Shown: positions 29,137-39,714, numbered from the stretch's first letter. The stretch is 57,889 nucleotides of DNA from a virus (IMGVR_UViG_3300021131_000007:1-57889), one strand, 5' to 3'. Notes: generated by a model from the sequence alone, not told the origin. A program made the numbers and translations.

Positions 29137-29649
29137 ATGGGATACGTAAAAATTTCTGATCCAAACATAATTGATCTAAATGCCATCCACAACATCATCA
29201 ATGTGGTAAATCAGCATAGTGATACTTTGAATACTTTGACCAATAATTTTGGTGCAAGTAACAATTCAAGTTTAAACTTTAATGCAAATAGCTTAGAAAA
29301 TCTATTTGATTCTGGAACACAGATGATAATTTATGGTAGAACTATGTTTGATAGCAGCCTAACATCGTCAACATCAACTTCTCCAGCGGGTAAAATTTAT
29401 CATAAAAATGTTACTTTTGCTGACAGTAATAATGGAATCCCAGCCTTTAACGTAGGAGCCCCGATTATATTTTTAACAATTCATACAGCAAATAGCTCTA
29501 CAATTGCTTATGATTATGCAGATGCTAGAGCAAATGTTTATAGCCCTACAGCTTCTTCTTTCAATATTAGATTGTTTTTACAAGAATCAATTACTTCTGG
29601 TAAACCAATATTTGTAAACTGGATTGCTATTGGTCCAAAAAATAAATAA
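29137..29649 (+). CDS. minor tail protein (H-type lectin-like C-terminus)
   Basis: Ends VNWIAIGP; upstream TGGTATAAT at 29107. Confidence 0.55.
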   Translation: MGYVKISDPNIIDLNAIHNIINVVNQHSDTLNTLTNNFGASNNSSLNFNANSLENLFDSGTQMIIYGRTMFDSSLTSSTSTSPAGKIYHKNVTFADSNNGIPAFNVGAPIIFLTIHTANSSTIAYDYADARANVYSPTASSFNIRLFLQESITSGKPIFVNWIAIGPKNK

Positions 29650-29668
29650 GTAGGGCGGTTATCTAATA

Positions 29669-32600
29669 ATGCAAGATAAAAAGATAGAATACCAGTCTGG
29701 AGCAACCGTTGCTCAGAGAGCCCCTATCTATATAGATGTAAATAGAGATCCAAGAGCAAGAAATCAATCTTACTTAAATTTATATGCAAGTCGTGTTGGA
29801 GCACAAGTAGTTGCTGTTGATGTAATTAACGGAACAGTAATAGCATCATCAAATGTAGATATTTTAAACAGTGCAACTGGTTCTGGAGTTGGCGGGGTTT
29901 CAAATACAATATCTGCAAGCTTACCAATACCAACTCCTGGAGTACCACCATTACCAGTAACTAACTTAGTTGCAACTTGGGATGATCAAGATAATTTAGT
30001 TCTTAATTTTACTTGGAATCCTTCCGATCCATCAAACCAATATGCTTATAAATTTGTTATTGAAGTAAGAGATTCAACTACAAATAAATATTATGTTTTA
30101 AATGCAGGTTACGGATATACAGCACAATCATTTATTACTCCTAGTAGTAGTTCTCAGACTATAACAATTTCTTATTCAGATTTATCATCAGTCATAGAAT
30201 TAATATCAAATATCAATCAAGTTGGGGTTGCTTCAGCAGACTATGCACAAACGGGAGATTATGTATTTGCAGATGTTCCCGCTTTAGTTTCTCATCTTCC
30301 ACAACCAACTATTTCTTTATCTAAGGGAACTGATTACTATGTAGTTTCTGTAACTAATCTTTCTAGTGCTTTAGCTAAAAGTAATTTTTATGGAATTATA
30401 GTAGAAGAAAATGTAACTACTGAAACATTAAAATCCAACGTAAGCTTAACAAACGGCTGGGTTCAAGCATCTGCATTGACAACAACCAGTCCAATAACAA
30501 TTTATGCTCCAGATGACGCTCATCGTTGGGTAAGAGTAAAATTTGTAGGTAAATCTGGAATGCCTTCTGTATATTCAGATATTGCAGATATTACACCAGA
30601 TGCATTTATTCCAGTTAATACGAATCCCCCTACACAATTTGCATCAGCAAGTATTGCTTGGTCATCGAATGACATAGTAGTAACATTTGCACAGCCAGCA
30701 TCAAATGCGGGTACAACAGTAAAAGTAAAAATGGTTCCGTATATAAATGGAAGCGAAAGTAATTCGTTATATGCTTTCTATTATCATGTTATTGTTGGTT
30801 CCGAAACTAGTTTTAATATAACTTCTGGAGATTTGTATAATCAATTTGGAGCATATTACTCTACATACAAAGCTTACATAACATCAGTATCTAACCAAGG
30901 AATTGAAACAACAGACGCTGTAATTATTGCGGGACCAGCGACTAGAACAACTTCTTTATCTACAGTAACCCCTACAGCATCAGTAACTAATACAACAGAT
31001 GGATATGTTGTTCAGTTTGATCTAGGATCATCTGGGGCAAATTTTGGAGAAGTTTATCAATTTTACATATCTCCAACTTTTACATCAATTGACTTACCAG
31101 ATTATATGGATGCAACATATTCATCCAGTGGAACAAATACTATAGTTGTAAGCTCCATAACTCTTGAAAATGGAGACTATTCCTTACCAAGTGGACATAC
31201 AGTAAATGAATTTATTGGAACAGGAATAACTGGAAACGGTATTCAACCAAATACTTATGTTACAAATATATCTGGGACTGGTCCATATACATTGACTTTG
31301 AGTCAAAATATAGATTCTATAAATTATGGAACTCCTTCTGGAAATTATCATATGCAATCTCTTGTTTATTCTGGTAAAGGGCCAGCAAATATATTTTCAA
31401 CATATTATAATGATATGTATGTTACAGTTTTTTATTATGATAATTATGATAACAGATCTCAATCTTCAAATATAAAAACAGTTCATCCAATTAATCCTGC
31501 AGAATCTTTAATAACAAATGCAGTTCAGGTAGGGGGAACTGCTGGAGCTATTTATGTAGGATCATCAGCTTCTACAGGAGCAAGAATTCTTTTAGGTGTA
31601 GATAGCTACTATAATTCAAATAATTCACATTCAGGAATTTTTGCTTATGATGGGTCAGCAACAACTGGATCTTCTCCAACAACATCAATAATATCAAATG
31701 CAAGTAATGGTGGATTTACTTTTTCTACAATAAATGCAAAGATTGCAGATTGGACTATTTCTTCTGATAAGATTCAAAATACTTTAGATACTGTATCTAA
31801 TTATGTTGGAATGTCTGGTACTGGAACTTATTCATTTTGGGCAGGTTCAGCCACAAGCGGGGGAGATTCAAGTGCTAAATTTTCCGTAACCCCAGCAGGT
31901 AAAGTATCAGCAAGAGATATAACTATTTATGGTAGTGGAAATAATTCAGATACTTTAATTAGTGCTGGATCATATTTTAGTGTAAAGGGTGACGGATCAA
32001 TAACCGCAAGCAATGCTTCAATAAGCGGAGCCTTAACAGTAAGTCAACAATCATATTTTAATGCAGATGTTAATATTTCTTCTGGATCTTATTTAAATTC
32101 TGTAGGTACGGGAACGGTAAGAATTGGAGCACAAGGATTATTAGCTTTAGATACTTCTTCTGCAGCAACCACAAAAATTTATTCAAGCCCAATAACAGTT
32201 AATGGAACTTCTGGAATTAGTTTGTGGAGTAAGAGAGCTTTATTTGGATCAAATGAAAGTTCTGGATGGTTAATTTCTGATGGAGTAATTCAATCTGATT
32301 ATATAACTATGGATTCATCTAATCATTATATAAAAATTGTATCGCAAACTTCTAACTCTACAAATGGGATACAACTGAGTGCTGGTGCAGATAGTGATTA
32401 TGCTATTAAAGCTGGAAATTTATCTGGCACTCCAGATTTTTGGGTAAAGCATGACGGTAGTTTAAAAGCATCAAATGCTACTATCACAGGAACAGTATCT
32501 TCTTCTATAGTTAGAGGTGGTAAAAATAGTGTAGATGATGGAAACTCTGGTTATTATCTTGATGCTAGTGGTTCTGCTGCATTGATATCTTATAATACAA

Positions 32601-33013
32601 GTTCTTTAGGTGGAGATAGGTATTATAGTAGTCAGATCTGGGGAATAAAAATTGGTCAAAGTTCTGCAGGAACAAGAATATCAGGTATTCCAATCCAAGG
32701 AGATGCTGATTTAAATAACTGGACAAACGGAGCAACAATTTATCCAGCAAATGGAGAACCTTATTTTCTATCAGATGGAAGTACAGTTCGTTATGGAACT
32801 GGTTCTGTTTCAGTAACCGCTACTGGACATTATAAAAATGCGGGATCTGGAAGTACTGGTTTAGGAGATAAACCAAGACAAAGAATGATTATTGAAGATC
32901 CAGTTACTGGAGAATTGCAATTAGGTATGGCAGTTTATTATAGAAACGCTGGTTCATCTGGAACAGCACCAACCAATTCTGGTTATGTAGGAGATTTGTG
33001 GGTTGATTACTAA
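29669..33013 (+). CDS. tail fibre / tip protein
   Basis: 1114 aa, Ser/Thr/Gly-rich; FSVTPAG, VKGDGSITASNASISG repeats; ends GDLWVDY. Confidence 0.75.
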   Translation: MQDKKIEYQSGATVAQRAPIYIDVNRDPRARNQSYLNLYASRVGAQVVAVDVINGTVIASSNVDILNSATGSGVGGVSNTISASLPIPTPGVPPLPVTNLVATWDDQDNLVLNFTWNPSDPSNQYAYKFVIEVRDSTTNKYYVLNAGYGYTAQSFITPSSSSQTITISYSDLSSVIELISNINQVGVASADYAQTGDYVFADVPALVSHLPQPTISLSKGTDYYVVSVTNLSSALAKSNFYGIIVEENVTTETLKSNVSLTNGWVQASALTTTSPITIYAPDDAHRWVRVKFVGKSGMPSVYSDIADITPDAFIPVNTNPPTQFASASIAWSSNDIVVTFAQPASNAGTTVKVKMVPYINGSESNSLYAFYYHVIVGSETSFNITSGDLYNQFGAYYSTYKAYITSVSNQGIETTDAVIIAGPATRTTSLSTVTPTASVTNTTDGYVVQFDLGSSGANFGEVYQFYISPTFTSIDLPDYMDATYSSSGTNTIVVSSITLENGDYSLPSGHTVNEFIGTGITGNGIQPNTYVTNISGTGPYTLTLSQNIDSINYGTPSGNYHMQSLVYSGKGPANIFSTYYNDMYVTVFYYDNYDNRSQSSNIKTVHPINPAESLITNAVQVGGTAGAIYVGSSASTGARILLGVDSYYNSNNSHSGIFAYDGSATTGSSPTTSIISNASNGGFTFSTINAKIADWTISSDKIQNTLDTVSNYVGMSGTGTYSFWAGSATSGGDSSAKFSVTPAGKVSARDITIYGSGNNSDTLISAGSYFSVKGDGSITASNASISGALTVSQQSYFNADVNISSGSYLNSVGTGTVRIGAQGLLALDTSSAATTKIYSSPITVNGTSGISLWSKRALFGSNESSGWLISDGVIQSDYITMDSSNHYIKIVSQTSNSTNGIQLSAGADSDYAIKAGNLSGTPDFWVKHDGSLKASNATITGTVSSSIVRGGKNSVDDGNSGYYLDASGSAALISYNTSSLGGDRYYSSQIWGIKIGQSSAGTRISGIPIQGDADLNNWTNGATIYPANGEPYFLSDGSTVRYGTGSVSVTATGHYKNAGSGSTGLGDKPRQRMIIEDPVTGELQLGMAVYYRNAGSSGTAPTNSGYVGDLWVDY

Positions 33014-35205
33014 TGGGTTTTTGGGTAAAAAAAGATCAATCAACTTGGGCTCCTGTTAAAAAAGTTTGGGTAAAAACAACATCTGGATCTGGAGCATGGA
33101 CTTCAGCTAAAAAAATATGGGTTAAAGTTATAGGTGGATGGAATTTGTTTTGGCCATCAAATGGGCCATATGCAACAACTCCCCCATCAATAACTCAATA
33201 TACAAATGGTACTGGTAAATATACAAATGAAATAATTTATGGAAGCAATACTTATGGACAAAAAGGTGTATGGGTAGCAAATAGTAGTACATCATCAATT
33301 TCAAGTTATGCTTATAATATTTATACTTCGGATTCCCCTACTCCTGGCGGAACAGAAACATTACAAGAAGGCCCTACAACATTTAGTGGAACCTATCATA
33401 CTATAGATAATACTTTGTATGATGGAAAATATTTAATTTTTGAAGTAGTAGCAACAAGAACAGACGGCACATCAGGAACAGATAGCAGTGATACTGGAAA
33501 TTCTATAAGACCTTTTGTTCATAGAAGTATCCCAGTAATATCCACATATTCTTTAAGTCAAGGTACAGGAGCTTATTTAAATACAATTACTTATACATCT
33601 CAATGGGATTATAGTCAAAGCGATTTGCCAGATTACACTAGGGCAACAGTCGAATTATATAGAAATAGCTCAAGTTCAACTTCTGGCGGGACTCTTGTTG
33701 CAACGGGAACAAGTACAGATAATGGATATACTTATACATCTTCAGTTTCATATGATATGTACACGGATGCAGTTAATAATGATGGTAAATATTTTTATGT
33801 AGTAGAAAAACAATACAATTCTGGAACTGATTTTTCAGGATCTGGTCCAGTAATAAATACTATAAGTCGGGGACCATTTTCAGTAACAATGCCACCTGAT
33901 GCATTTAGCTACAGTATTGCAGATACAACTGCAAGCGTTTATTGGGGAGATCCAGGAGCAACGGTTGCTCAAAGCGGTAATTACGTAGCAGTTAACTGGA
34001 ATGATACTGCATATCCAAGAACTGGTTATTTAGTTTCTGTATCAGGTCCAGTCAATAATGGGCCAGATGATGTGGGAATAACATCTTTCAAGACATATCC
34101 ATTAACTTCCTCTGGATATGAATATGCAACAATAACTGCATACAATTCTAATACTTATTGTACAATTACATGTACTCCAGGAAACAATACATCTAGTTAT
34201 TTATATTCTTATACTCCTGATGGATTTACTCGTGTAACAGCAACCACATCATCTAATACTTATAAATTTTCTGTATCCCCAGGATCAACAGCAACTGTAT
34301 ATTATGTTATGGCTTATTCTGGTGCAAATCAAACAGGACTATCAACGCAAGGAACAGGAGTAGTATCATCAGCTACGCCTACTGCAAAATATGCAAGTAG
34401 TGGTCAAGCAGGTCCTATATATATGCAACAATATGTAGGAGCATCTATATCTTCAGCTTACATAACTCCTTCCAGCGTTACCTTAGATACTCAAAATGGA
34501 AATGGAACTTTTTATTGCATTGTTTCTGCATCTGGATATCCATCTCCATCTATTTATTATAGTTGGCAATTTTTTAGCGGAGGATGGAATGATTTAGGAG
34601 TAACCACATCGTACTTTACACCTTCTTATTCAGGTTATCCTTTTAGATGTGTTGTCACAGCACTTAATGCATACGGCTCTCAAACAGTAGATACTGGATC
34701 AGTAACTGCTTCTTGGAATCCTCCTAGACAGTTAACTGGCCCATCCATATCTGGTAGTGGAGTTGCTGGCACATATATTTCTTTTTCTGGAGGAACTTAT
34801 GCAAATGGTTCATCTTCAAATGATTTAGCAGAAAGTATTAACCCTGCAAGCTTTTCATCGAGTTCACCAAGTGCAGCATCAACTAGTCCTTATAGAGTAA
34901 CAACATCAGATGCATCATCTCCAGCTTGGTATTTTGCATCAAGAGATTCTGTATTTGGAAATAATGGAAGTAATTATACATATTTTTCTGGATCTATCAT
35001 GGCAACTCTTCCTCCACCTACTTTTAATCCAGCACCACCTAATTTTTCACCAGCACCACCTAATTTTCCACCAGCACCACCTAATTTTCCACCAACTCCA
35101 CCTAATTTTCCTCCTACCTTTTTTGGTCCACCAAGATTTGGTACATCTTCTATTAGGTTTAAAGAATCTATAATTAAAATTAATAATATTCATGAGGTAA
35201 TGTGA
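33013..35205 (+). CDS. receptor-binding / fibre protein with C-terminal (PAPPNFx)n repeat and S74 N-terminal stub
   Basis: N-terminal WVK..W repeats; Ig/FN3-like Tyr/Thr/Ser-rich body; ends PPNF repeats then PPRFGTSSIRFKE. Confidence 0.75.
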   Translation: MGFWVKKDQSTWAPVKKVWVKTTSGSGAWTSAKKIWVKVIGGWNLFWPSNGPYATTPPSITQYTNGTGKYTNEIIYGSNTYGQKGVWVANSSTSSISSYAYNIYTSDSPTPGGTETLQEGPTTFSGTYHTIDNTLYDGKYLIFEVVATRTDGTSGTDSSDTGNSIRPFVHRSIPVISTYSLSQGTGAYLNTITYTSQWDYSQSDLPDYTRATVELYRNSSSSTSGGTLVATGTSTDNGYTYTSSVSYDMYTDAVNNDGKYFYVVEKQYNSGTDFSGSGPVINTISRGPFSVTMPPDAFSYSIADTTASVYWGDPGATVAQSGNYVAVNWNDTAYPRTGYLVSVSGPVNNGPDDVGITSFKTYPLTSSGYEYATITAYNSNTYCTITCTPGNNTSSYLYSYTPDGFTRVTATTSSNTYKFSVSPGSTATVYYVMAYSGANQTGLSTQGTGVVSSATPTAKYASSGQAGPIYMQQYVGASISSAYITPSSVTLDTQNGNGTFYCIVSASGYPSPSIYYSWQFFSGGWNDLGVTTSYFTPSYSGYPFRCVVTALNAYGSQTVDTGSVTASWNPPRQLTGPSISGSGVAGTYISFSGGTYANGSSSNDLAESINPASFSSSSPSAASTSPYRVTTSDASSPAWYFASRDSVFGNNGSNYTYFSGSIMATLPPPTFNPAPPNFSPAPPNFPPAPPNFPPTPPNFPPTFFGPPRFGTSSIRFKESIIKINNIHEVM
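35011..35140 (+). repeat. in-frame 21-bp tandem repeat encoding P(A/T)PPNF(S/P)
   Basis: CCAGCACCACCTAATTTT(T/C)CA units, about four copies. Confidence 0.95.
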
Positions 35206-35423
35206 TGAGTTCTGTATTTTTAAGTTTAGAGGAAAAGCTTACAATATTAAATAATCATCTAAGTTGGTTAACTAATGGAGAAGAAAGATTTAATTTAATT
35301 CTTTTAAATTATCCAGAATGGAAAGATTCACAGGAAGTAAAAGACATTTTTGAAGATATTGAAAAAAGAAAAGATTTAATAAATAAAGAAATAGAAAGCG
35401 TAACCCTACAAAATGAAAAATAA
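35202..35423 (+). CDS. small helical protein (possible fibre chaperone)
   Basis: Coupled to the previous gene; LSLEEKLTIL.. helical hairpin. Confidence 0.6.
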   Translation: MMSSVFLSLEEKLTILNNHLSWLTNGEERFNLILLNYPEWKDSQEVKDIFEDIEKRKDLINKEIESVTLQNEK

Positions 35424-35489
35424 GCTTAAAATAACACATTTTACCCTTAAACCCATATTTAATTGTATTTGTGATATAATTAAGGAATC

Positions 35490-35729
35490 ATGACAACACT
35501 ACCAGCTGAAGATAGAAAAACTATCGTAGAACAACATCTTAAAAATGTTCTTTTATCTGAATATAACATTAATTTAAGCTTGCTTGAATCTAATGCTATG
35601 ACCAACAAGCCTGAAGACAATATTACTGCTTTGAACGCACAATTAGCAGATATTGCCCTACAAAAGACTGCACTGCAAACAGAATTAGATTCTATAAATG
35701 CAGAAATTGCAGCAGAACAATCTAAATAA
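35490..35729 (+). CDS. small coiled-coil protein
   Basis: RBS AAGGA; upstream TGATATAAT at 35472. Confidence 0.65.
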   Translation: MTTLPAEDRKTIVEQHLKNVLLSEYNINLSLLESNAMTNKPEDNITALNAQLADIALQKTALQTELDSINAEIAAEQSK

Positions 35730-35735
35730 ATATAA

Positions 35736-35921
35736 ATGGAAAATAATCAAAAAGCAGAATTAATAATTACTGCCTTACAACAACGCATTGCAGAACTTGA
35801 ATTAGATAAAGCAATTTTAAGGGCGGAACTAACTGTATTGGCTAATTCGCAAGAAGATAAACAAATAGCTATACAACAATATAATGAAGAATTATCAGCA
35901 AAACTTGCTAATGGTAATTGA
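35736..35921 (+). CDS. small coiled-coil protein
   Basis: KAELIITALQQRIAELE. Confidence 0.65.
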   Translation: MENNQKAELIITALQQRIAELELDKAILRAELTVLANSQEDKQIAIQQYNEELSAKLANGN

Positions 35922-35946
35922 CATATAAAACAATCTACTACATAAT
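35918..35946 (+). promoter_or_regulatory. sigma70-type promoter TTGACA-N17-CATAAT
   Basis: Perfect -35, 17-nt spacer, near-consensus -10; lies at the structural-to-replication boundary. Confidence 0.65.
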
Positions 35947-35969
35947 ATAGCAATAACTGAAAGGTATTA

Positions 35970-36782
35970 ATGACAAGCGATCTCAAATGGATGATTTCGT
36001 CCGACCAGCAATTCCCTTATCAAGATGATAAGGCTATAGCACTATGGTTTAAAGTAATGGAATGGTTTAAACCAGATGTTGTTGATTATGCTGGAGATAC
36101 GGATGATCAGGCTTGCTATAGCAAGTATACCGATTCTCGTCCCACAGAATTTTTAAAAATGCATAAAGATGAAAATGGAAATGAAATTATTCCCCTTATT
36201 CAACACGAAGCAAAAGATGCTAGAGATTTTTATGCAAAGACAAGAGATGTAGCTGGTAAAGATGCACAATTGTTTTCCGCTCTTGGCAATCACGATGTAA
36301 GAATTTTTGATTACATGGAAAAGAAACTTCCAGATTACATGCAAGATGTAACTCCAGAATCTTTATGGAATTTAGATTCTTTGGGGTATGAGTACATCTA
36401 TTATAACGATTTGCCAAAGTTACGCTTTGGTGATCTTCACATTCATCATGGCGTCGCTCTGTCTCAAAACGCTGGTGAATCTGTACGCAAGGACGTGGAA
36501 AATTTCGGAGTATCTATGATCCGAGGACATTCACATCGTGCTGGTACGTTTTTTCAAACATACGAGTTAAGAAACGGTGGAATGGGCGAGATACTAAGAG
36601 GTTACGAACTTGGGCACATGTGTGATGAAAAAGGACCTGGTATGAAATATACCAATGTCCATAATTGGCAAAAGGCGTTTGCAATAGCACATATTGAAAA
36701 TGGGAATTATCCTCATGTTCAAATTATTGAAATTACGCCTGACTACTCTTGCTATGTAGATGGCAAGAAATTTACACTATAA
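35970..36782 (+). CDS. calcineurin-like metallophosphoesterase
   Basis: SDQQ, GDTDD, GNHD, HHG, GHSHR. Confidence 0.85.
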   Translation: MTSDLKWMISSDQQFPYQDDKAIALWFKVMEWFKPDVVDYAGDTDDQACYSKYTDSRPTEFLKMHKDENGNEIIPLIQHEAKDARDFYAKTRDVAGKDAQLFSALGNHDVRIFDYMEKKLPDYMQDVTPESLWNLDSLGYEYIYYNDLPKLRFGDLHIHHGVALSQNAGESVRKDVENFGVSMIRGHSHRAGTFFQTYELRNGGMGEILRGYELGHMCDEKGPGMKYTNVHNWQKAFAIAHIENGNYPHVQIIEITPDYSCYVDGKKFTL

Positions 36783-36795
36783 GGAGCAAAAAAAT

Positions 36796-37071
36796 ATGAA
36801 GATTAATCAAGCATTGATTGAATCTTATGCACGTAACCTACTTGGTCAGGTTATTGCTGCAGCAACAATCGTTTCATCAACAAGCCACATTTCAATCATC
36901 AGTTTTGGTGGTAAGCAATGGGCACTTGTTGCAAATTCATTATGGGCATCACTAGTCCCAGTTATCTTGCGATTTGTTAACAAGAAGGACCCAGCGTTCG
37001 GTCTTGTAGCAGAGCAAGCTACAACTGCTGTCACAAATAAGATTGATACAGTAGCTGGTGAAACTAAGTAA
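36796..37071 (+). CDS. small membrane protein, holin-like
   Basis: RBS AAGGAG; two hydrophobic segments; PVILRFVNKKDPAFG. Confidence 0.5.
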   Translation: MKINQALIESYARNLLGQVIAAATIVSSTSHISIISFGGKQWALVANSLWASLVPVILRFVNKKDPAFGLVAEQATTAVTNKIDTVAGETK

Positions 37072-37078
37072 CTAAATA

Positions 37079-37267
37079 ATGATGACCTGCAAAAAATGCA
37101 ACGGCAGGGTATTTATAGATCGTGTTTTTTCGCAAAAAACTAGAATTGAACTTTATTGTTTAATGTGTGGAAAAAGATGGTTTATTAAAAAACACGGGAA
37201 TGCGTTCGGGGAATGGCTAGACAAACTAGAAAGAAAGCACAACGCCGATTATTGTATTTCTACCTAA
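37079..37267 (+). CDS. zinc-ribbon protein
   Basis: CKKC..CLMCG. Confidence 0.7.
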   Translation: MMTCKKCNGRVFIDRVFSQKTRIELYCLMCGKRWFIKKHGNAFGEWLDKLERKHNADYCIST

Positions 37268-37728
37268 ACGATACTTTACATAGAGCTTTACATGTAAATC
37301 GTGCGGATGATACAATAATAGCATTCAATTTTGTTGAGGGTAAGCGTGTGGCTTATAACTACACAGATGTGCAGAAAAATAAAAAACACGCTTATTCTAT
37401 TTCAGAAGTTGCAAAATTAATAAATAGACACGTAGACACAATTAAAAGGCACTTAAGGTCGAAAGATATAAGAAAGCCTCAACAGGCATATGCACTTGAC
37501 GATAAAGATAAGTTGGGTAGATATTATTTTACTGATGAGGACATTAAAGAAATTAGAGAATTTTTTAAGACAGTACATATAGGTAGGCCAAGAAAAGATG
37601 GCAAAGTTACAGCAAGCAACATTCCAAGCAGAACAGAATTGGAAGCTATGTTAAGAAATGAAACAGTATTATATGTTAAAGATAAAGACGGGGACTTTGT
37701 CCCAGTTTGGAAGGCACCAGAATGGTAG
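37213..37728 (+). CDS. MerR-like HTH DNA-binding protein
   Basis: YSISEVAKLINRHVDTIKR..RYYFTDEDI. Confidence 0.75.
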   Translation: MARQTRKKAQRRLLYFYLNDTLHRALHVNRADDTIIAFNFVEGKRVAYNYTDVQKNKKHAYSISEVAKLINRHVDTIKRHLRSKDIRKPQQAYALDDKDKLGRYYFTDEDIKEIREFFKTVHIGRPRKDGKVTASNIPSRTELEAMLRNETVLYVKDKDGDFVPVWKAPEW

Positions 37729-37970
37729 ATAATAAACTGAGTAAAGAAGCTAAGCATACATTAAATGTTGCACTGAAAGTATTAGAACATGCCATGGATT
37801 TGGCTGTCGAAAAAGAAGAGTTAGAAGCAATGATTGCTATTTCTGATAGATTAATGATTCTTTACCAACATTTATCAGACAAGAATCCAAAGAAATTTAA
37901 AACAGGATTTTCGCTAAGTTCAGCACAAACTAAAACAGAACCAGAGGAAAACGAAGATGAATCAGACTAA
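37722..37970 (+). CDS. hypothetical protein
   Basis: Coupled ORF in the operon. Confidence 0.6.
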   Translation: MVDNKLSKEAKHTLNVALKVLEHAMDLAVEKEELEAMIAISDRLMILYQHLSDKNPKKFKTGFSLSSAQTKTEPEENEDESD

Positions 37971-38163
37971 TGTAAAGGTTGAATTACATTTTACAAGAAA
38001 TCTTGGTAATTTTGAAAGTGTTAAAATAGGTTTAGGAATTGAAGATTGGGTGCGGGAAGGAGAAAATACTACAACCGCTACTGATCGTATATATAAGTTT
38101 GTAGAAGAAAAACTTATAGAAAAAGTAAAAGAAATAGAATCTGAGATTAAAGGAAAGAAGTAA
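37957..38163 (+). CDS. hypothetical protein
   Basis: FTRNLGNFESVKI motif; coupled. Confidence 0.65.
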   Translation: MNQTNVKVELHFTRNLGNFESVKIGLGIEDWVREGENTTTATDRIYKFVEEKLIEKVKEIESEIKGKK

Positions 38164-38495
38164 TGGCTAAAGAAGATGCAAAGCAAGCTTATGCTTTAGT
38201 ATCTTTGTATATTGCTTTATATAAGAGCAAGTATAACAAGCAGCCAATTGTTAATCGTTATAGAGAAAAATGGGCTATGCAGGATGTTATAGATACTGTT
38301 GGCTTTGATCGTTCTAAAGAATTATTAGAGTATTATTTTAAATGTAACAAAATAGGCCATCCGTTAAATTGGTTTTTATATAATTTTGACAGATTAGATG
38401 ATGTACTAGTTAGATCTCAAGAAGACATAGAACGCAGAAAAGAATTACGTGAACAAACTAAACATTTGGTAGAACAGGAACTTAATGAACACTGA
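38163..38495 (+). CDS. hypothetical protein before the helicase (possible loader/initiator)
   Basis: Coupled to dnaB. Confidence 0.6.
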   Translation: MAKEDAKQAYALVSLYIALYKSKYNKQPIVNRYREKWAMQDVIDTVGFDRSKELLEYYFKCNKIGHPLNWFLYNFDRLDDVLVRSQEDIERRKELREQTKHLVEQELNEH

Positions 38496-39714
38496 AGCAG
38501 CACTGCTATCCGCAATATGCAAAAATAAAGATATCGCCACAGTTCTTACTGATAATGTTGATGAAATCTTTGTTTCCCACCGAGATGTATGGGAAGGGCT
38601 AAAATCTTATTATCTAAAGTTTAGAGCCGTGCCAGATGTAACTGTACTTCAAGAAAAATTTACCGATTTTGAACCAGAGGCAATTAAGGCTGAAACTGGA
38701 TATTACTTAGATAATTTAAAAAATGAATTTTTAACTTCTAGAATCAAAGATATTCTTATTCGTAATGGATCTAGTTTAAAAAATAATTCTGCTAAAAGAG
38801 TTTTGCTTGACATGCAAACTGAACTATATGGGTTAGCCAGAATGACTGGAGAAGTTCGAGATGTTGATTTAACTGATTTTAAACTAGCAGAAGATCATTT
38901 TGAAGCAGTAAAACAACGTTCCGTTGCAATGGGCGGAAGTCCAGGAATCAAGACAGGGTTCAAAGCCATAGACACTGCATACCCTACAGGAATGGCTCCA
39001 GGACACCTTATAGTGATGATTGGTTGGCCAGGTAGGGGTAAGACATGGTTTTCATCTTATCTAGCCTGTAAAGCTTGGGAACAGGGTTTTAAGCCTATGA
39101 TTATCTCGCTTGAGATGTCCCCAGAAAATATGCGTGATCGTATTTATACAATGATGGGATCGGGACTTTTCAAAGCTTCAGACTTTTCAAAGGGTATGGT
39201 TAATACAGATGATTTTCACAACTGGGCTACAGATAAATTTAAAGATAAGCAACAATTTATTTTGATTTCAAACGAAGGTCAAGGACAAGTAACCCCAAAT
39301 ACTGTACAGGCAAAGATTGACCAGTATAAACCAGACTTAGTTATTTTAGATTATCATCAATTGTTTAATGATTCATCTGGAGCAAAATCTGAAATTGAAA
39401 GAAATAGAAATATTTCTCGTGACTTTAAATTATTGGCAATGAGAAATAATATTCCAGTAATTGATATTACTGCTGCAACTATGGATGATGTATCAGATCA
39501 AGATTCACCACCAATGATGTCACAAGTAGCTTGGTCTAAGGCAATTGAATATGATGCTGATATGGCAATTGCAGTTCATAAAAACCCACAAAGCAATATA
39601 ATGGAAATTGTAAGTCGTAAAAATCGTCATGGAACCGACTTTGCTTTCTATTTAGATTGGGATTTAAATAGAGGAATTATGCAGGAAATCTACGAAATGG
39701 ACATTCAGCAGTAA
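38485..39714 (+). CDS. dnaB: DnaB-like replicative helicase
   Basis: TGFKAID, Walker A GWPGRGKT, SLEMS, ILDYHQL, IEYDAD, KNRHG. Confidence 0.93.
   Translation: MNTEAALLSAICKNKDIATVLTDNVDEIFVSHRDVWEGLKSYYLKFRAVPDVTVLQEKFTDFEPEAIKAETGYYLDNLKNEFLTSRIKDILIRNGSSLKNNSAKRVLLDMQTELYGLARMTGEVRDVDLTDFKLAEDHFEAVKQRSVAMGGSPGIKTGFKAIDTAYPTGMAPGHLIVMIGWPGRGKTWFSSYLACKAWEQGFKPMIISLEMSPENMRDRIYTMMGSGLFKASDFSKGMVNTDDFHNWATDKFKDKQQFILISNEGQGQVTPNTVQAKIDQYKPDLVILDYHQLFNDSSGAKSEIERNRNISRDFKLLAMRNNIPVIDITAATMDDVSDQDSPPMMSQVAWSKAIEYDADMAIAVHKNPQSNIMEIVSRKNRHGTDFAFYLDWDLNRGIMQEIYEMDIQQ

Noticed and set aside
2349-35166. 39-bp near-duplicate as a diversity-generating retroelement TR/VR pair (both mismatches are at A in the first copy)
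   Set aside because: Too short, both changes synonymous, both copies coding, and no reverse transcriptase in the window
34910-35173. His-rich ORF (HHLIFHQ repeats)
   Set aside because: Alternate-frame shadow of the PAPPNF repeat; no RBS
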